Origin: Rebecca billardiae RCC1528
Taxonomy: Eukaryota > Protista > Haptophyta
NCBI GenBank assembly: GCA_965240325.2
Contig: OZ251239.1
Location: forward strand, 1,240,001-1,304,000
Length of the DNA: 64,000 nucleotides
Direction of reading: 5' to 3'
Each line of letters starts with the position of its first letter. Position 1 is the first letter of the stretch. Position numbers and translations under genes: made by a program. The notes beneath the pieces were generated by a model. That model made no database searches. It was not told the origin of the DNA and saw nothing but the letters and a program-made list of their open reading frames with translations. Positions 58,607-64,000 of the stretch are shown in pieces.

Positions 58607-61600
58607 TTAGGGGGGCTGTGTGCGCGCTGCGTGCGCCCTGCTCGGCCCCGCGCGCTTGCCCGGCCCATCGCCGCGGCTGCGCGGGCCACTGCCACTCGCG
58701 ACATCAGAGCGACGCGGAGGGCGAGCCTCGGCGCGAGCTGTGGCCCTCGGTGGCTGTGGATGCGACTGCGAGCCAGTGGCTGCGGCAGCTGCAGTCGTGC
58801 CGCTGTTGCGCTGCACGCGCATGCGCTTTGCGCCGCCACCCTGCTGAGGCTCAGGGGCTGCAGCCCGCTTCCGCTCGCGCCAGGCGCGCACATTGATCAT
58901 GCCAGCCAGCTTGTGCGTGGCGCATCGACTGAGACGTGTGTCACCCGGCATGCCGTGGGATGGATGCTTGTCACAGCCGGCATGCTCGCACCTGCGGTTG
59001 GTCACGTCGACCATGCCGGCCAGCTTGTGTGTGGCGCAGCGGCTGGGATGTGTGCCGCCCGGCATGCCACAGGACGGCCGCTTGTCACAGCCGGCATGCT
59101 CGCACCTGCGGCTCTTCACGTCCACCATGCCGGCCAGCTTGTGCGTGGCGCAACGGCTGGCACGTGTGTCGCCAGGCATGCCACAGGACGGATGCTTGTC
59201 ACAGCCGGCATGCTCGCACCTGCGGCTCCTCACGTCGACCATGCCGGCCAGCTTGTGTGTGGCGCAGCGGCTGGCACGTTTGTCGCCCGGCTTGCCGAAG
59301 TGCGGCTGCTTGTCACAGCCGGCATGCTCGCACCTGCGGCTCTTCACGTCCACCATGCCGGCCAGCTTGTGCGTGGCGCAGCGGCTGGCACGCGTGTCGC
59401 CGGGCATGCCGAAGGACGGATGCTTGTCACAGCCGGCATGTTCGCACCTGCGGCTGACCACGTCGACCATGCCGGCCAGCTTGTGTGTGGCGCAGCGGCT
59501 GGCACGTTTGTCGCCCGGCTTGCCGAAGTGCGGCTGCTTGTCACAGCCGGCATGTTCGCACCTGCGGCTCTTCACGTCGACCATGCCGGCCAGCTTGTGC
59601 GTGGCGCAACGGCTGGCACGTGTGTCGCCCGGCATGCCACAGGACGGATGCTTGTCACAGCCGGCATGCTCGCACCTGCGGCTCCTCACGTCGACCATGC
59701 CGGCCAGCTTGTGTGTGGCGCAGCGGCTGGCACGTTTGTCGCCCGGCTTGCCGAAGTGCGGCTGCTTGTCACAGCCGGCATGCTCGCACCTGCGGCTCTT
59801 CACGTCCACCATGCCGGCCAGCTTGTGCGTGGCGCAGCGGCTGGCACGTGTGTCGCCAGGCATGCCACAGGACGGATGCTTGTCACAGCCGGCATGCTCG
59901 CACCTGCGGCTCCTCACGTCGACCATGCCGGCCAGCTTGTGTGTGGCGCAGCGGCTGGCACGTTTGTCGCCCGGCTTGCCGAAGTGCGGCTGCTTGTCAC
60001 AGCCGGCATGCTCGCACCTGCGGCTCTTCACGTCCACCATGCCGGCCAGCTTGTGCGTGGCGCAGCGGCTGGCACGCGTGTCGCCGGGCATGCCGAAGGA
60101 CGGATGCTTGTCACAGCCGGCATGTTCGCACCTGCGGCTGACCACGTCGACCATGCCGGCCAGCTTGTGTGTGGCGCAGCGGCTGGCACGTTTGTCGCCC
60201 GGCTTGCCGAAGTGCGGCTGCTTGTCACAGCCGGCATGTTCGCACCTGCGGCTCTTCACGTCGACCATGCCGGCCAGCTTGTGCGTGGCGCAACGGCTGG
60301 CACGTGTGTCGCCCGGCATGCCACAGGACGGATGCTTGTCACAGCCGGCATGCTCGCACCTGCGGCTCCTCACGTCGACCATGCCGGCCAGCTTGTGTGT
60401 GGCGCAGCGGCTGGCACGTTTGTCGCCCGGCTTGCCGAAGTGCGGCTGCTTGTCACAGCCGGCATGCTCGCACCTGCGGCTCTTCACGTCCACCATGCCG
60501 GCCAGCTTGTGCGTGGCGCAGCGGCTGGCACGTGTGTCGCCAGGCATGCCACAGGACGGATGCTTGTCACAGCCGGCATGCTCGCACCTGCGGCTCCTCA
60601 CGTCGACCATGCCGGCCAGCTTGTGTGTGGCGCAGCGGCTGGCACGTTTGTCGCCCGGCTTGCCGAAGTGCGGCTGCTTGTCACAGCCGGCATGCTCGCA
60701 CCTGCGGCTCTTCACGTCCACCATGCCGGCCAGCTTGTGCGTGGCGCAGCGGCTGGCACGCGTGTCGCCGGGCATGCCGAAGGACGGATGCTTGTCACAG
60801 CCGGCATGTTCGCACCTGCGGCTGACCACGTCGACCATGCCGGCCAGCTTGTGTGTGGCGCAGCGGCTGGCACGTTTGTCGCCCGGCTTGCCGAAGTGCG
60901 GCTGCTTGTCACAGCCGGCATGTTCGCACCTGCGGCTCTTCACGTCGACCATGCCGGCCAGCTTGTGCGTGGCGCAACGGCTGGCACGTGTGTCGCCCGG
61001 CATGCCACAGGACGGATGCTTGTCACAGCCGGCATGCTCGCACCTGCGGCTCCTCACGTCGACCATGCCGGCCAGCTTGTGTGTGGCGCAGCGGCTGGCA
61101 CGTTTGTCGCCCGGCTTGCCGAAGTGCGGCTGCTTGTCACAGCCGGCATGCTCGCACCTGCGGCTCTTCACGTCCACCATGCCGGCCAGCTTGTGCGTGG
61201 CGCAGCGGCTGGCACGCGTGTCGCCGGGCATGCCGAAGGACGGATGCTTGTCACAGCCGGCATGTTCGCACCTGCGGCTGACCACGTCGACCATGCCGGC
61301 CAGCTTGTGTGTGGCGCAGCGGCTGGCACGTTTGTCGCCCGGCTTGCCGAAGTGCGGCTGCTTGTCACAGCCGGCATGCTCGCACCTGCGGCTCTTCACG
61401 TCCACCATGCCGGCCAGCTTGTGCGTGGCGCAGCGGCTGGCACGCGTGTCGCCAGGCATGCCGAAGGACGGCCACTTGTCACAGCCGGCATGCTCGCACC
61501 TGCGGCTCTTCACGTCGACCATGCCGGCCAGCTTGTGCGTGGCGCAACGGCTGGCACGTGTGTCGCCCGGCATGCCACAGGACGGATGCTTGTCACAGCC

Positions 61601-61738
61601 GGCATGCTCGCACCTGCGGCTCCTCACGTCGACCATGCCGGCCAGCTTGTGCGTGACGCAGCGGCTGGCACGTGTGTCGCCGGGCATGCCGAAGGACGGC
61701 CACTTGTCACAGCCGGCTCGATTGCACGTGAAGGGCAT
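58607..61738 (-). CDS. EsV-1-7-type repeat protein, paralog 4 (25 repeats; C-terminally truncated)
   Basis: 1043-aa ORF. First repeat Cys codon at 61726 and last at 58990 gives 24 x 114 bp, so 25 repeats. NLS-like segment retained; premature TAA in a C6 run. Confidence 0.85.
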   Translation of the reverse strand: MPFTCNRAGCDKWPSFGMPGDTRASRCVTHKLAGMVDVRSRRCEHAGCDKHPSCGMPGDTRASRCATHKLAGMVDVKSRRCEHAGCDKWPSFGMPGDTRASRCATHKLAGMVDVKSRRCEHAGCDKQPHFGKPGDKRASRCATHKLAGMVDVVSRRCEHAGCDKHPSFGMPGDTRASRCATHKLAGMVDVKSRRCEHAGCDKQPHFGKPGDKRASRCATHKLAGMVDVRSRRCEHAGCDKHPSCGMPGDTRASRCATHKLAGMVDVKSRRCEHAGCDKQPHFGKPGDKRASRCATHKLAGMVDVVSRRCEHAGCDKHPSFGMPGDTRASRCATHKLAGMVDVKSRRCEHAGCDKQPHFGKPGDKRASRCATHKLAGMVDVRSRRCEHAGCDKHPSCGMPGDTRASRCATHKLAGMVDVKSRRCEHAGCDKQPHFGKPGDKRASRCATHKLAGMVDVRSRRCEHAGCDKHPSCGMPGDTRASRCATHKLAGMVDVKSRRCEHAGCDKQPHFGKPGDKRASRCATHKLAGMVDVVSRRCEHAGCDKHPSFGMPGDTRASRCATHKLAGMVDVKSRRCEHAGCDKQPHFGKPGDKRASRCATHKLAGMVDVRSRRCEHAGCDKHPSCGMPGDTRASRCATHKLAGMVDVKSRRCEHAGCDKQPHFGKPGDKRASRCATHKLAGMVDVRSRRCEHAGCDKHPSCGMPGDTRASRCATHKLAGMVDVKSRRCEHAGCDKQPHFGKPGDKRASRCATHKLAGMVDVVSRRCEHAGCDKHPSFGMPGDTRASRCATHKLAGMVDVKSRRCEHAGCDKQPHFGKPGDKRASRCATHKLAGMVDVRSRRCEHAGCDKHPSCGMPGDTRASRCATHKLAGMVDVKSRRCEHAGCDKRPSCGMPGGTHPSRCATHKLAGMVDVTNRRCEHAGCDKHPSHGMPGDTRLSRCATHKLAGMINVRAWRERKRAAAPEPQQGGGAKRMRVQRNSGTTAAAAATGSQSHPQPPRATARAEARPPRRSDVASGSGPRSRGDGPGKRAGPSRAHAARTQPP

Positions 61739-61978
61739 CCCCCCGTGTCGACTACGCGAGGAAGGTGGAGTGCCGCAAGGATGATGGGGATGACTTATCG
61801 AGGCGAGGCCGTCAATCCGTCATCGTGCGCCAAGCCTGGCCGGAGTGCCTTGCCGGACGCGGGTTCGAAGCACTTCAGACTGGATCTCGCAGCCGGCGAG
61901 ATCGGCCCGCCCGCGCGAATCTGCTCGGCTGCCAGCGGTCCGACTGCGGCACCGCGCCCGCTCGCCGCGCGCGAGGGA

Positions 61979-62079
61979 ATGGCGCTCGGCCGCCCGGCGG
62001 CGCGGCCGAAGGAGGCGTCGTTCGACGAGGCATGGACGCTCGTCGACCCCGCGCAGCCCTCCTCCCCGCCGCGCCAGTC

Positions 62080-62112
<33 letters not shown>

Positions 62113-64000
62113 GGACGCGGACGCGCACAGCCTCGTGCGCTGTCGCATCTGCGAGGTGTTGGTCGATGCCGCGGCGATCCAGTCGCACGCGCAGCTGTGC
62201 GTGCTGGTGTGCGCGCACGCGCAGGAGGCGTGCGCGGCGAACGAGCGGCTGCTCGCCGTCGACCGCCGCCTCGCCGCCTCGATCGCGCAGCGCGAGCAGC
62301 TGCACGCGCTCGAGCTGCGCGACAGCGCGCCTCCGCTCCGGCCGATTTTCGCGCCGATCGTCTCGCTCGCGTCGCGCGTGCTGTGGCTGCCCTCGGCGCG
62401 CGGCGGCGCGGAGCAGCGGCGCGAGGAGCCGCACGCCGCCGCGCCCCGCGCCGCGCCCGCCGCGGACGACGGCGAGCTCGCCCCCGCCTCCTCCTCCTTT
62501 GAAACTGGCCGGCTGCTGCGGCTTCGGGAGATCGTGGCGGCCGCGGTGGGCGATGATGGCTCGGCCGCGGCGGCGGCGGCGGCGCAGGAGGCGCACGTGC
62601 TCGCGCTCGCGCAGTCGCGCGCGTCGGACGAGGGCGACGAGGAGTCGGCGGACGGTGCCGCGGACGAGGCGAGCGCGCCAGCCGAGCCCAGCTGGGGCGC
62701 GGGCGCGCTCGGCGCGGCCGGCGGCGGCGCGGCCGGCGCGGCGGGTGCGGCCGGCGGCGCGGCGGACGCGGAGGTGCCGGGCGGCGTGCCGCTGCGCGCG
62801 CTCGCGGAGGAGGTGGACGGGCTGGTCCGCGCGGCGCGCTCGCAGCTCGGCGCCGCGTGCGTCGAGGCCGTCCTCGGCAGCGCCGTCCTCCGCCTCCTCC
62901 GCGCGCGCGCCGAGTCCCTCTGCCGACTGCGAGTGCGCGTCGCGCGCCTGCCGCCGCGCGAGGCGCGCGAGCACGGCGCGCCGGCGGAGGCGGCGCACGC
63001 CGAGTCGGCGTCGGCGGGCGCGCAGGTGCCGTGCATCCGCGACTTTGACGTCGTGCGCGAGCTCGCCGCCGGCGGCTTCGGCCGCGTCTACCTCGCGCGC
63101 AAGCGCGTGACCGGCGACGCCTACGCGATCAAAGTGCTGCCCAAGCCGGCCGGCGGCGGCTTCGACTCGCGCGACGAGGCGGTGCGCCGGCGCGCGCTGG
63201 CGGAGCGCGAGGCGCTGGCGCGCGCGGACCACCCGTGCGTCGTGCGCCTCTTCTACTGCTTCCAGTCCGCGCGCTCGCTCTACCTCGTCATGGAGTTCCT
63301 CCCAGGTGGCGACATGCGCGCGCTGCTCCGCGCCGCGTGCCGATTGGACGAGGCGCGATCTCGGCTGTATCTCGCGGACGCGGTGCTCGGGCTGGAGTAC
63401 TTGCACGAGCAGCTGGGGATCGTGCACCGGGACCTGAAGCCGGAGAACATGCTGCTCGGCGCGGACGGGCACGTCAAGCTCGCCGACTTTGGGCTGGCGT
63501 GGGTGCGCCGCCGCGCGAAGGGCGGCGGCGCGCGCGGCGGCGCGCGCGGCGGCGCGGCGGGCGGCGCGGAGGGCGGCGGCGCGGCCGAGGCTGAGGGGGG
63601 CGCGCCGGCTGCCTACGGCGTGGCGGGCGGGCACGCCGCGCACGCGGCCGCGCCCACCGGCGTGTCGGCCGCGGAGCTCGCCGAGAGCGGCGCGTGTGTG
63701 CCGAGCCCCGCCCTCGCCGCGGAGCACGCGCCCAGCGCGGACGGCGGCGATGACGCGCGCGGCGCGGCGCCTCCCGGCAACATGGCCGCCGCGGCCGCGG
63801 CCGGCGGCGCGGCGGCGCAGCAGCAGGCGGCGGCGGCGGCGGCGGCGGCGCGCGCGGAGGGCGAGGACGAGGGGCGGTGCTTCTCCCTCGTCGGCTCGCT
63901 CCCGTACCTCGCGCCCGAGGTCGTCCTCGGCAGCGGCCACTCCTGCCCGGTCGACTGGTGGGCGGTGGGCGTTTTATTATTCGAATTTGTTTGCGGCTAT
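61979..64000 (+). CDS. AGC Ser/Thr kinase of the Greatwall/MAST/Rim15/IRE type (3' end outside window)
   Basis: Open frame from ATG 61979 to the window end, absent from the ORF track because it has no stop. N-terminal CRICE..SHAQLC finger; IRDFDVVRELAAGGFGRVYLARKRVTGDAYAIKVL, LYLVMEFLPGGD, HRDLKPENML, DFGL, long insert, VGSLPYLAPE, DWWAVGV. Confidence 0.92.

Noticed and set aside
58900-61730. Array considered as CRISPR or non-coding satellite
   Set aside because: Units are contiguous 114-bp in-frame coding repeats without unique spacers; eukaryotic context and no cas genes.
58893-61784. 963-aa plus-strand ORF (MPASLCVAQRL repeats) and similar antisense ORFs over the other arrays
   Set aside because: Antisense shadow of the 114-bp repeat; the minus strand has the conserved Cys/His pattern, a shared start context and a shared C-terminus.

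Overview
Very GC-rich, intron-containing eukaryotic nuclear DNA. GTGCGC/GTGAG donors, GCGCAG acceptors and the gene content suggest a haptophyte-like alga; this is inference only. Most ORF-track entries are GC-driven shadow ORFs. Supported genes are: four paralogous EsV-1-7-type Cys-rich tandem-repeat proteins (38-aa units; at least 3, 7, 7 and 25 repeats); an SGNH/PC-esterase with GDC in place of GDS; an RWP-RK transcription factor; a roughly 2,800-aa DEMETER/ROS1-like DNA glycosylase (Tudor-PHD-PHD-HhH-[CXXC insert]-FeS-RRM, probably with a J-like domain); an acidic-tail protein; an ATP-grasp protein; a PITH protein; a MYND-finger protein; an Asp/Asn beta-hydroxylase; two tandem near-identical membrane hybrid histidine kinases; a frameshifted F-box/RCC1 gene; eIF4E; a GT23-like fucosyltransferase; and a Greatwall/Rim15/IRE-type AGC kinase that runs off the right end. 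Mobile DNA includes a PAT/Ngaro-like split-direct-repeat element in a (TA)n tract, a TA-flanked foldback MITE, and a 3-kb composite foldback insertion with CAAGG..CCTTG ends and a 7-bp TSD, whose empty site is visible in two paralogous units. The most striking features are the EsV-1-7 arrays, which vary at fixed positions (TALE/zinc-finger-like logic) and amplify as a cassette with a bidirectional promoter, and the multi-reader DEMETER-like enzyme with a CXXC domain inserted inside its catalytic domain. All domain calls come from motif recognition by eye, not database searches.
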